Origin: Bryobacteraceae bacterium | GTDB lineage: Bacteria > Acidobacteriota > Terriglobia > Bryobacterales > Bryobacteraceae | Reading direction: 5' to 3' | Length of the DNA: 48,090 nucleotides | NCBI GenBank assembly: GCA_035524535.1 | Contig: DATKOS010000288.1 | Location: forward strand, 1-48,090 | In this document: one piece after another, positions 26,247 through 34,091 of the stretch | How positions within the stretch are numbered: position 1 is the first letter of the stretch | Layout: every line of letters begins with the position of its first letter | Program-made: the position numbers and the translations under genes | The notes under the pieces: generated by a model | The model's input: only the letters and a program-made list of their open reading frames with translations | Database searches by the model: none | Told to the model about the DNA's origin: nothing

Positions 26247-27079
26247 CGCACCCCTCCCGAGAACCCGCTGTAGATCATCTCCACCGCCAGCGCGCCCACC
26301 ACGGCGGCGAACAGCATCCGCAGGGCCCGCGTCCTCGCCCCGGTTAGATGCCGCGCGCCCGCCAGCGATCCGCTCAGCACGCCCAGCATCACCGGCATGG
26401 CAAGCCCCGGCTCAATGTACCCTCGGCTTAGATAAATCCCCGCGCTCGCCGCCGCCGTCACCCCGATCATGAAGTTGCTGGTCGTCGTCGAGACTTTGAA
26501 CGGGATGCGCATCACGCGGTCCATCGCCAGTACCTTCATGGCCCCCGAGCCGATGCCCAGCAGCCCGGAGAGCAGCCCCGCCACGAACATCAGGCTGAAC
26601 CCACCCTTCACATGACGCACGCGGTACCGCACCGGCCCCTCCGGCCCCGGATACGCGCCATCCAGGGCTAGCCTGCTGGCAAGCGCGTCCGCTTCCTCCG
26701 CTGCAGCTTCTCGCGGCCCGCGCAGGGAAATGGCCGCGGAGTAGAGCAGCGCCGCGCCGAATACCACCGCCAAAGAGGAAAGCGGAATGACGGTGACCAG
26801 GTGCGCGCCCACGATCGCGCCCAGCGTCGTGGCCACCTCCAGGAACATCCCCACGCGAATGTTCGAGAACCCTTCCTTCACGTACGCCGCCGCGGCGCCC
26901 GAGGAAGTGGCGATCACCGAGACCAGCGACGCACCCATCGCGTACCGCATATCGACGCCCAGGAGCAGCGTGAGCGCCGGCGTAACCACCACGCCGCCGC
27001 CCAGCCCCGTCAGCGCGCCCAGGTATCCCGCCGCGGCCGAGATGCCGTACACGATGCCGGAGAACTCGAGCACGTTCAT
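26243..27079 (-). CDS. TauE/SafE (DUF81) family anion exporter
   Basis: 278 aa, polytopic. It carries the duplicated motifs LTGLGGGVVVTP and LLGIGSGAMKV. Confidence 0.85.
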   Translation of the reverse strand: MNVLEFSGIVYGISAAAGYLGALTGLGGGVVVTPALTLLLGVDMRYAMGASLVSVIATSSGAAAAYVKEGFSNIRVGMFLEVATTLGAIVGAHLVTVIPLSSLAVVFGAALLYSAAISLRGPREAAAEEADALASRLALDGAYPGPEGPVRYRVRHVKGGFSLMFVAGLLSGLLGIGSGAMKVLAMDRVMRIPFKVSTTTSNFMIGVTAAASAGIYLSRGYIEPGLAMPVMLGVLSGSLAGARHLTGARTRALRMLFAAVVGALAVEMIYSGFSGGVR

Positions 27080-27229
27080 GAGAAAGCGCGATCCGCTGGA
27101 GTCAAGCCTAACGGAATGTTACTACGCCGCCATGACGGCGCCGGGCGAGCCGCCTGCCCGGGCGTGTGGTTTCTTACGCCGCCCGCCAGGACGCGGGCGC
27201 ATGTGCGGGATTCGCGCGGCGTCGCGCGT

Positions 27230-28333
27230 CTAGAGCGAGTTCAGATAGGCGATCAGGTCCGCCATCTGCTGCGCGTCGAAGCGCGGCCAGGAGATGCTCT
27301 TCTGCTTCATGCTTTGCAGCATCGCCGGCCCGTGCTGCCACAGCGCGGATACCATGGACACGTCCGAGTAAGCGTCCTTGCCCCTCGCCAGGCTGGGGGC
27401 CCCGCTGCCCGGCTGATTGTGGCAGGAGGCGCAGCTCTTCTGCGCGAACACCTTCTTGCCGCGCGCCGCGTCTCCGCTGCCCTGGAAATACTCGCGCTCC
27501 CAAACGTAGCCGAGGATCCGCCGCATCTCATCGGGCGTCAGCGTCGGTGGCGGATTCTTCATGTTCGGCTGGTGATTCCACATATCCGCCGCAATGTCCG
27601 TGAGGCTCTGGTTGCGCAGCTTGGTCTCCAGCGCATTGGCCCCGGTGTGGCAGCCCGCGCACCCCTTCGACACGAACAGGCTTTGGCCGGAATCCGACGC
27701 CGTCAGTTCGAACACCCTCGGCACGCCTCGGGTCTCCGGCAGGTTCTGAAGGTACACCAGCATGTCGCTGAGTTCCTGGCCGGTCAGTTGCGACCACTCC
27801 AGCTTCTTCTGCGCAAACGCTTCCCGCATGCGCGGCCCGTGGTTCCACATCTGGTCGGCCAGCAGGCTGGGGTCGGCCAGCGATTCCCACTTGGCCACCG
27901 GCGGCGCGCCCGGGTAGCTCGAAGTCGTAGTCCCGTGGCACTCCGCGCAATGCCTCGCCGCGAAAGCCCTCTTCCCGCGCGCCGCATCGCCCGGCGCTTC
28001 AAAGTAGTGCGCCGCCACGAAATAGGCGAACAGATCCGCCGATTGCTCCGGCGTCAGCGAAGGCCGCTCAATCCCCTTGGCCTGAATGCCGACCCACATG
28101 TCCGGCGCGTGGTTCCACATCAGGCTTGCCATCGCCGTCGGCGTGTAGTCGCGGTCAATCCGCTTCCCGAGATCCGGCGCCGAGTGCCCGCCTCTGCCGT
28201 TTACGCTGTGGCACGCAACGCATTGCTGCGTTTGAAACAATTGCGACCCGCGCACCGCGTCTCCGGAAGGAATGCCCGCCGCAATTGCTCCTCCAGCCGC
28301 CAGCGCGACGCCTACCAGGCCAAGCTTGAACAT
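27230..28333 (-). CDS. Periplasmic protein made of four tandem class-I (monoheme) cytochrome c domains
   Basis: Signal peptide MFKLGLVGVALAAGGAIAAG from ATG 28333, with the SD GGAGA upstream. Four units of G(D/S)...CxxCH (CVACH, CAECH, CAGCH, CASCH) are each followed by a (M/L)W(N/Q)H(A/G/Q)P motif that supplies a likely axial Met. It starts 8 nt downstream of the porin-like gene. Confidence 0.8.
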   Translation of the reverse strand: MFKLGLVGVALAAGGAIAAGIPSGDAVRGSQLFQTQQCVACHSVNGRGGHSAPDLGKRIDRDYTPTAMASLMWNHAPDMWVGIQAKGIERPSLTPEQSADLFAYFVAAHYFEAPGDAARGKRAFAARHCAECHGTTTSSYPGAPPVAKWESLADPSLLADQMWNHGPRMREAFAQKKLEWSQLTGQELSDMLVYLQNLPETRGVPRVFELTASDSGQSLFVSKGCAGCHTGANALETKLRNQSLTDIAADMWNHQPNMKNPPPTLTPDEMRRILGYVWEREYFQGSGDAARGKKVFAQKSCASCHNQPGSGAPSLARGKDAYSDVSMVSALWQHGPAMLQSMKQKSISWPRFDAQQMADLIAYLNSL

Positions 28334-28341
28334 CGTGTCTC

Positions 28342-30408
28342 CTATCTGGTCAGTTTGACGCCCGTCTGGAACAGGTGCGTCTGGAAGCCCTGGAATAGCA
28401 GCAACTGATCGCTGTAGCCGTACCAGCGCCATTCGGTGTTCCAGTATACGTGCTTCCCGGCCGGTATGGAAAGGCGCGCCAGCGGTTCGTAATACCGCGA
28501 AGCCTCCGTGCCGTTCACGATGGCCATGGACCCGCCCATCGTAAGCTTGGCGGCCACGCCCCGGTACGGCGGCAGATTCACCTGCAGCGCGGATGTGGCG
28601 ATGTGCGCGTTGGCGTTATAAACGGAAACGTCCGGGGTGAGGAACGGCGGCAGCAGGAAGTTAATCGAAGACGACATCGTCGCCCGGTCATACTCCGCCA
28701 GCAGCGCCACGTACTTGCCACCCTTCGGCGTCCAATTAATGGAAGCCGAATTGTCGCGGCTTAGGTAGTCGAACTGCGAAATCTTGATCGGGTCGTGATT
28801 CTCCAGCGCGGCGAAATTCGCCTGGAACGTCAGCGTCGGTTTCACCTGATAGCGCGCCCTGGCGCGCACTCGGGTGTAGTTGTAGAGGCTCGTGGTGAAG
28901 TACGCCTGCGCCGTGGATGCCCCTTCGTAGTCCAGATTCACCGAAAACTTCCGCGCCGGGTGATAGTTGACTCCCGCCAAAGCCACTTGGCGGCTGAGCT
29001 TGCCCGGCTCGTATAGCCCGATCTGGCTCTGCTCGCTGGCCAGCACGGAGGCGTTGCCCCATTCGTTGCGATAGCCCCCGCGCAGCGTCAACTTCTTGCC
29101 GATGTCATAGTACAACTGAGCCTCGGCCCGGTTGTAATTCACCGCCTGCACCGGCGCCAGAATCGTGGTCATGTTCACGTTGGAGGTCTGCGTCAAGAAC
29201 GCCGTCGCCAGGCTGGTGTAGGCGGCATCGTGAAACCGGTCCGTGTTCCATGACGCAGTAATGCGCAAAGCCCGCAACGGGTGCGCGTCAATGCCCGCGT
29301 TGCCGGACACATGCGGCTTGTTGGCCGACCCGGTGGCGATATCCGATTGCCCGCTGTAAACCAGCAATTGGTTCAACAGCACGAAATTCCCCGACGCCGC
29401 GTCCTGATAGTTAATCGTCGTCTTCGGCTGGCTGTACAGGAACTGCGCGTAGAGGTTCAGCCACGGCAGCGGATTGGCCGTCAGCAGTCCGCGGGTGTAG
29501 TAGCTGTGCGCCCGGATGCCGTACGCCTGCAGCAGGCTATTGAGCTGCAGCGTCTGCCCCAGCAGCGGCGTAGTCGCGTCTCCCGGAGTCGGCGTCGCGT
29601 CGTAGGCGGAATCGCTGTCCCGGAATACCGTGCCGCCTTCTTCGAGCGTCACGTGGAAGTTGTGCAGTTCCACCCGTAGCCCGCCCCGGTAGTTGCTGGT
29701 GTGGTCCAGAAGGCTGGAAGCCACGGGGAAGGTGGTCGTGGAACCCATCGGATACGTCGAGATCCCCGTCCCGGAACCGGAATTGCGGTCGAACATCGCG
29801 TAGGGCACAATCCGCTTGTCCGGCCTCAGCGTCAGGCTGATGCTCAGGTTCTTGCGGTATTGGTTGAACCACTGCTGGTTAACGCCCGCCGGAGCTAACG
29901 GATTCGCATAGGCCGGCATGGCGCTGTAGTAGAGAATGTTGCTGTAATCCAGCCGGAAATCGTAGTCGCCCAGTTTCCTGGCGTCCACGTGCGCCGTGTT
30001 GTAAGGATCGCCGCCCCAATTGTTCGCGCTCACGTTCAGCACGTCGAAAAGCTTATGGGTCGGGTCCGTGAAGCTGAAATCCAGCCCGAAGATCCGCAGC
30101 CCCGGGCTGAGATCCACAATGCTCTGATACGCCGGCCCGCTGCCGTTGAGGCTCGTGCGAAACCGGTACCCAATATCCACGCTGCCGTGAAACCACGGCT
30201 CGGCGCTGGGGGCGGGGTTGTCTGCCGCGGCCGCCGCGGCCGGAGCAGCCTCGGTTGTGGATGCCGCGGCCGCTGGGCTTCCCACCGCGGGTGCGGCTGG
30301 AGCGGACGCGGGCGCTTGCGCTGCGCCACCGGCTTGGGCCGTCGGGCTGGCCGGCGCTTGCGCCAGGGCCGCCGCCGAGCCAATCAGGATCGCAATCAGG
30401 GCTTTCAT
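28342..30408 (-). CDS. Large outer-membrane beta-barrel candidate (MtrB/PioB-like by size and context)
   Basis: Signal peptide MKALIAILIGSAAALAQA from ATG 30408, which forms an ATGA overlap with the upstream decaheme gene. A ~55-aa Ala/Pro linker follows, then ~620 aa of alternating amphipathic Y/F/W-rich strands (YDFRLDYSN, LSISLTLRP, YRGGLRVELHNFHVTLE, LTFQANFAAL...). There are no heme motifs. Confidence 0.65.
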   Translation of the reverse strand: MKALIAILIGSAAALAQAPASPTAQAGGAAQAPASAPAAPAVGSPAAAASTTEAAPAAAAAADNPAPSAEPWFHGSVDIGYRFRTSLNGSGPAYQSIVDLSPGLRIFGLDFSFTDPTHKLFDVLNVSANNWGGDPYNTAHVDARKLGDYDFRLDYSNILYYSAMPAYANPLAPAGVNQQWFNQYRKNLSISLTLRPDKRIVPYAMFDRNSGSGTGISTYPMGSTTTFPVASSLLDHTSNYRGGLRVELHNFHVTLEEGGTVFRDSDSAYDATPTPGDATTPLLGQTLQLNSLLQAYGIRAHSYYTRGLLTANPLPWLNLYAQFLYSQPKTTINYQDAASGNFVLLNQLLVYSGQSDIATGSANKPHVSGNAGIDAHPLRALRITASWNTDRFHDAAYTSLATAFLTQTSNVNMTTILAPVQAVNYNRAEAQLYYDIGKKLTLRGGYRNEWGNASVLASEQSQIGLYEPGKLSRQVALAGVNYHPARKFSVNLDYEGASTAQAYFTTSLYNYTRVRARARYQVKPTLTFQANFAALENHDPIKISQFDYLSRDNSASINWTPKGGKYVALLAEYDRATMSSSINFLLPPFLTPDVSVYNANAHIATSALQVNLPPYRGVAAKLTMGGSMAIVNGTEASRYYEPLARLSIPAGKHVYWNTEWRWYGYSDQLLLFQGFQTHLFQTGVKLTR

Positions 30409-31460
30409 CGCAGCAACCCCCGATCCACGTAAGAACCGTGTATTTGCTGGTGGCAGACCGTACAGTTGCGGAACATCGGAGATAACAGATTGTGGAACGC
30501 CGGGGGAACGCTTCCAATCGTGGACGCCGACGCCGCCGTTGGCGTGGGCAGATTCGTATGGCACTCCAGGCACACGAACCGAACGTCGTTCCGGGTCAGC
30601 ATCTTCGTGTTCGGCGATCCGTGCGGCATGTGGCACGCCGTGCACCCGTCCGTTTCCACCGGCGGATGCTCATATACGAACGGCCCCGCCAGGTTGCCAT
30701 GGCACTTCAAGCAGCCCGGCTCGTTGGCGCTCACTGTTTGCAGATTGTGAGGCAGGGAACTGCCGTGCGGATTGTGGCAGTCCACGCAAGACATCGCGCC
30801 TTCCGGCAGCTTGTGCCGGAAAGGCTGCTGGAAACTGGCCCATACGTCGGTGTGGCACGAAGCGCAAAGCTGGTTGATGTCCGCCTTCTTGCGCGCCACC
30901 AGCCCGTTGGGCCCATTCTTGTGCACCGAGTGGCACGCCACGCAGGCTACTTCGTTCTTCGCATGGCTGCCGTTGATCCGTCCTACTTGCGTGGGCTTGT
31001 TCAGGTGACAAACCAGGCAAGTCGCGTCGGCCTCCGCCGGCGGGAGCTTGGCTGGGTTCCGGATGTCCGCCGCGTCCATCGAATCCGCGTGCTTGCTTCC
31101 GGGACCGTGGCAGGATTCGCAGGCCTTCGTGTCGAACTTGTACTTCTTGTCCGCCTCCACCAGGTGGTGCGGATTCTTCTGGAAAGCGTTGTAAATGTCT
31201 TCGTGACACCCCTGGCAGATTTCCGAGCCGACGTATTCCGCCGGTTTGTTGTCCTTGGGGGCGGGAGCGGAGGCAGGAGCGTCCTTGGAAGCAGGAGCGC
31301 CCTTGGAGGCAGGGGCGTCCTTGGAAGCAGGAGCGCCCTTCTGATCCTGGGCGCCCCATAAGGTTGCGGACAGCAGCGTGGCCGTTGCCACTATAACCAG
31401 CCACCGCGCCCTCGAGGGGCGCGGCGGTATTTGCTGGGCGCTTGGCAATGGCCAGTGCAC
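30405..31460 (-). CDS. Periplasmic decaheme c-type cytochrome (MtrA/DmsE/PioA/MtoA-like)
   Basis: 351 aa with ten CxxCH motifs: CQGCH, CESCH, CLVCH, CVACH, CASCH, CVDCH, CLKCH, CTACH, CLECH and CTVCH. The last is followed by QQIHGS. GTG start with GGAG 6 nt upstream. Confidence 0.8.
   Translation of the reverse strand: MHWPLPSAQQIPPRPSRARWLVIVATATLLSATLWGAQDQKGAPASKDAPASKGAPASKDAPASAPAPKDNKPAEYVGSEICQGCHEDIYNAFQKNPHHLVEADKKYKFDTKACESCHGPGSKHADSMDAADIRNPAKLPPAEADATCLVCHLNKPTQVGRINGSHAKNEVACVACHSVHKNGPNGLVARKKADINQLCASCHTDVWASFQQPFRHKLPEGAMSCVDCHNPHGSSLPHNLQTVSANEPGCLKCHGNLAGPFVYEHPPVETDGCTACHMPHGSPNTKMLTRNDVRFVCLECHTNLPTPTAASASTIGSVPPAFHNLLSPMFRNCTVCHQQIHGSYVDRGLLR
31273..31340 (-). repeat. 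In-frame 18-bp tandem repeat (~3.8 copies) encoding (APASKD/APASKG)n in the N-terminal linker of the decaheme
   Basis: gcaggagcgtccttggaa / gcaggagcgcccttggag / gcaggggcgtccttggaa / gcaggagcgccctt... encodes KGAPASKDAPASKGAPASKDAPAS. Confidence 0.85.
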
Positions 31461-31490
31461 GGTGGACTCCTTCTAGTTAGCGTAAGCCGG

Positions 31491-33653
31491 TTACAGACCG
31501 GCGTGGACCGAAGAAGCGCTATAAGCCCCGGACGCGCCGTGGCATACGCTGCACGATTCGCCGAACTTCGGATCCGTGTTCGAACTCGCGTGAGCGTACG
31601 TCGCCGTATCCAGATGGCAGGCCGTGCAGGCCGACGTCGTCGCCGGCGTCGGATTCTCCAGGCCCTGCGGATCCGTCACCGCAAGCTTCCCGATCGGGTC
31701 GTTGTTCTCCGTTCCCGCTGCATGGCACATCTCGCAGATGGTCGTATCGGAGACCCCGCCGGTCGGGCTCATCGCCGGATACAGCGTCCCGGAGAAATCG
31801 TTGACGCTGCCGCCGTGACCCACTACCACATAGGTGGCGTTGTATTGCGCCATGTTCACGCCGCTATGGATCTTGTGAACCATCAGCGCGAAGTTGATCG
31901 CCTGCGGCGGCTGCGACGGATAAGGCGCCGGCGCCGTCGGACGCGTCGTATAGTCCGTGTTGTTCGGGTTGTGGCACACCGGGCAATACGTCACGTCGTT
32001 GCGCAGGGATCCGTGAACTTCCAGGTCCGTGTGGCAGTGGTTGCAATTGGCTTCCAACACCACCGTGCGGCGCGGCGCCACCTTGGAGCCGTCCACCGAG
32101 AAGTTGATCACCGAATTGTGCGCGCTGTAGGTAGCTGCGGTCGCCGCCGTGGTACCTGGCAGCAAGGTCGTGCTTAGCCGCGCTTCCACCCCGATCGTGT
32201 AGGTTCCCGTCGCGTTGGCCGGAATCCCATGCGTGAAGGTGTAGGTGCAAACCCCCGCGCTGCTGCACGTCGCGCCCGTGGCGCTTTCCGTCACGTAGCC
32301 CGGCGTCGAGGTCAAATCGGAACCGAAGCTGACGTTGCCGTAATCGGTCGTCGGACCCGTCATCGTCAGCGACAGCGAACCGCTGTTCGCCTTCAAATAG
32401 GTCATGGTCACCGGCTGGCCCGCATTGTTGGTCGCCGTGAACGTGACGGTCGGCTTCTGCCCGGCCACGCCATTGGTCACCTGGTTGAGCGTGATGTTGA
32501 TGCCCGGAACCGAGGTCGAGTACTGCGGAATCACGTGCGCTCCCACAATCGACGCGTCAAAATCCAGCTCGCCCTGCGGAATGTGGCAGCCGGCGCACTG
32601 CGTATCGTCGATCTCCGGCAGGTTCACGTGGTTCTGGCCAGTCGCGAAATTGATGTTGGAGTGGCAGCCGCCGCAAGCCGCGCGGTCCGGATGCATCTCC
32701 CAGCGGTTGGTCTGCGCCGCTCCATTCTTCGGGTTGTGGCAGGTCTTCGCGCAGTTGCGAACATCCGGAGGATAAACCACCCCCGTCCAGCTATCCACCG
32801 CATTGCCGAAGCCCACGATGGAGTACGGCGTGGTCGACTGGATCGTCGGGAACGAGCTGCCAATGTGGATCTGGTGCGCTAGTACCGGCATGTCCAGCGT
32901 ATTTCCCGTGTTCGGATCTACCGTCTGCGGGGTATGGCACATGATGCACAGGTCCACGCCTCGGCGGGAACCGCCGTGAAACGCCAGTTGGTAGTGGCAC
33001 GTGTTGCAGTCCGCCGTCCGCACGATGTCGCGTGGCGCCGGGGTCCCGCCCGCAGGCACGAAGTCGTAAGTCGTGGACGCATAGTTGGTACCCAGGTTCC
33101 ACGTGGTAAGGTTGCGGGAACCGTAGATGCCAATGCGATGCGTGGCAGTCGGGTCGAAGCCCGACGGAGCCGTGGTCTTGAACGTGTACGTGTAGGTGCC
33201 GACCGCCACCGTGGCCGTGGTCCCGCCCGAATCGGCCGAGGCCTGGGTCGCCGTCGCCCCTCCCGTTACCGCCGTCGCCGTCCGGGTTACGTAAGAAACA
33301 TACTGCGACTGGCCCTTGGGAATGTAAGCGCAAATCAGACTCGCCGAAATCTTTCCGGGCGTCTGAACCCCGGCCGTGTCAAGGGGCAATCCGGTCGGAT
33401 CGGTCGTGGTGTAGGTCACGCTGATCACGCCGCTGCTCGAAATATTGGCCGAGGTTACCGTGAACACCAGGCCGGGGTTGACGTACTGGATCATGGCGTT
33501 GGATGCATAAGCCGCCGGATCGTGCGCGTCAAACCGCTCCTGGGGAGTAAGCCTGGCCTTATCCGCTCCGCTCAGCAGCAACACCGAGGCAGCCACCACC
33601 AGAACCACCAGGATGTAGCGGCGTATCGCGAGAGCTGAAGAAGAAGTCCGCAT
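31491..33653 (-). CDS. OmcA/MtrC-like decaheme cytochrome (two pentaheme modules alternating with two heme-free beta-type domains)
   Basis: 720 aa. Heme motifs 1-5 (CNTCH, CIMCH, CAKTCH, CGGCH, CAGCH) lie at about aa 215-370. Motifs 6-10 (CNHCH, CPVCH, CEMCH, CTACH, CSVCH) lie at about aa 530-705. Each block is preceded by a ~150-180-aa Thr/Ser/Gly-rich heme-free segment. There is an N-terminal hydrophobic signal or anchor without a lipobox Cys. Confidence 0.7.
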   Translation of the reverse strand: MRTSSSALAIRRYILVVLVVAASVLLLSGADKARLTPQERFDAHDPAAYASNAMIQYVNPGLVFTVTSANISSSGVISVTYTTTDPTGLPLDTAGVQTPGKISASLICAYIPKGQSQYVSYVTRTATAVTGGATATQASADSGGTTATVAVGTYTYTFKTTAPSGFDPTATHRIGIYGSRNLTTWNLGTNYASTTYDFVPAGGTPAPRDIVRTADCNTCHYQLAFHGGSRRGVDLCIMCHTPQTVDPNTGNTLDMPVLAHQIHIGSSFPTIQSTTPYSIVGFGNAVDSWTGVVYPPDVRNCAKTCHNPKNGAAQTNRWEMHPDRAACGGCHSNINFATGQNHVNLPEIDDTQCAGCHIPQGELDFDASIVGAHVIPQYSTSVPGINITLNQVTNGVAGQKPTVTFTATNNAGQPVTMTYLKANSGSLSLTMTGPTTDYGNVSFGSDLTSTPGYVTESATGATCSSAGVCTYTFTHGIPANATGTYTIGVEARLSTTLLPGTTAATAATYSAHNSVINFSVDGSKVAPRRTVVLEANCNHCHTDLEVHGSLRNDVTYCPVCHNPNNTDYTTRPTAPAPYPSQPPQAINFALMVHKIHSGVNMAQYNATYVVVGHGGSVNDFSGTLYPAMSPTGGVSDTTICEMCHAAGTENNDPIGKLAVTDPQGLENPTPATTSACTACHLDTATYAHASSNTDPKFGESCSVCHGASGAYSASSVHAGL

Positions 33654-33778
33654 ACCTTTAAATCTCCAATCCTGAAGACTTTCTATTCAAAAAAACGATC
33701 ATGGCCCGAGAGACAACCCGGCGCCGGGGCAAAACGAGCTAGATGTGTATGCAAACCGCCCGCCAAAGGTCCCAGAGG

Positions 33779-33793
33779 ACAAACAAGATGCCA
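33779..33793 (-). promoter_or_regulatory. Weak sigma54-like -24/-12 element (TGGCAT-N5-TTGT) upstream of the MtrC-like gene
   Basis: The minus strand reads TGGCATCTTGTTTGT about 125 nt upstream of ATG 33653. The -12 GC is GT, and no enhancer-binding protein gene is in the window. Confidence 0.2.
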
Positions 33794-33860
33794 AAATCTT
33801 TTGTTATCAGCAACGTTGGAAAATCCCTCATCGTGTCCGGTTTCTCCACATTAGTCGTAA

Positions 33861-33892
33861 ATGGGTGAAAGCCCAGGAGGGCATGGGTGAAA
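33861..33892. promoter_or_regulatory. Perfect 10-bp direct repeat ATGGGTGAAA x2 with 22-bp spacing (candidate regulator binding site)
   Basis: Copies at 33861-33870 and 33883-33892 lie in the 540-bp divergent intergenic region, about 210-240 bp upstream of the MtrC-like start. Confidence 0.3.
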
Positions 33893-34082
33893 TTCCGCTC
33901 CGCACTGCGGTTCGCCGCCCCACGTCCGCCGCGCAGGCAGCGGCCCCCTGGTGGCGCCGGCATGGGAAATCCCCCTTCGCCTTCTATTATTCTTTCTATT
34001 CTAATAAAATTCATTTTAAATTGAAAGCCATCAGCCGTGCCAACGTGCGCGTTCCGACACTCTATCTATCTTGAAATGAAGT

Positions 34083-34091
34083 TGTTACAAT
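34083..34091 (+). promoter_or_regulatory. Candidate extended -10 box TGtTACAAT for the VOC-family gene
   Basis: It lies about 100 nt upstream of ATG 34194, which has a GGAG SD. Confidence 0.3.

Noticed and set aside
27185-27229. CGCGCG-ACGC-CGCGCG hairpin after the four-domain cytochrome gene as an operon terminator
   Set aside because: The stem is a self-complementary GC repeat with no following T-tract on the minus strand. It is indistinguishable from background GC-rich sequence.
26801-28408. 535-aa plus-strand ORF. The same class includes 10540..11790, 14714..15760, 15944..16768, 17072..18103, 17838..18821, 23404..24546, 30492..31361, 32934..33638, 36161..37567, 38405..39424, 38818..39729, 43502..44089, 44052..45080 and 44056..44937.
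   Set aside because: All of them overlap genes with strong family motifs on the other strand or in another frame. All show Arg/Pro/Ala/His-dominated composition typical of out-of-frame translation of high-GC coding DNA.
31273-31340. Tandem repeats as a possible CRISPR or minisatellite
   Set aside because: There are no spacers. The 18-bp units are contiguous, in frame, and encode an Ala/Pro/Ser/Lys linker inside the decaheme gene.
33861-33925. Cobalamin-riboswitch-like fragments (AGCCCAGGAGG, GGTGAAATTCC, GCACTG)
   Set aside because: The elements are in the wrong order relative to the B12 riboswitch consensus, where the B12-box should lie 3' of the GGTGAAANCC element. No cobalamin-related gene lies downstream on either strand. 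The GGTGAAA occurrences are better explained as a direct repeat.
34031-34050. Second sigma54-like motif (minus-strand TGGCACGGCTGATGG)
   Set aside because: The -24 half is perfect, but the -12 position reads ATGG instead of TTGC. It also lies about 380 nt from the start codon.
33739-34074. ORFs 33739..34014 (-) and 33745..34074 (+) upstream of the Mtr-like operon
   Set aside because: They overlap each other on opposite strands in an AT-rich promoter-like region. Their composition is implausible and they lack translation signals.
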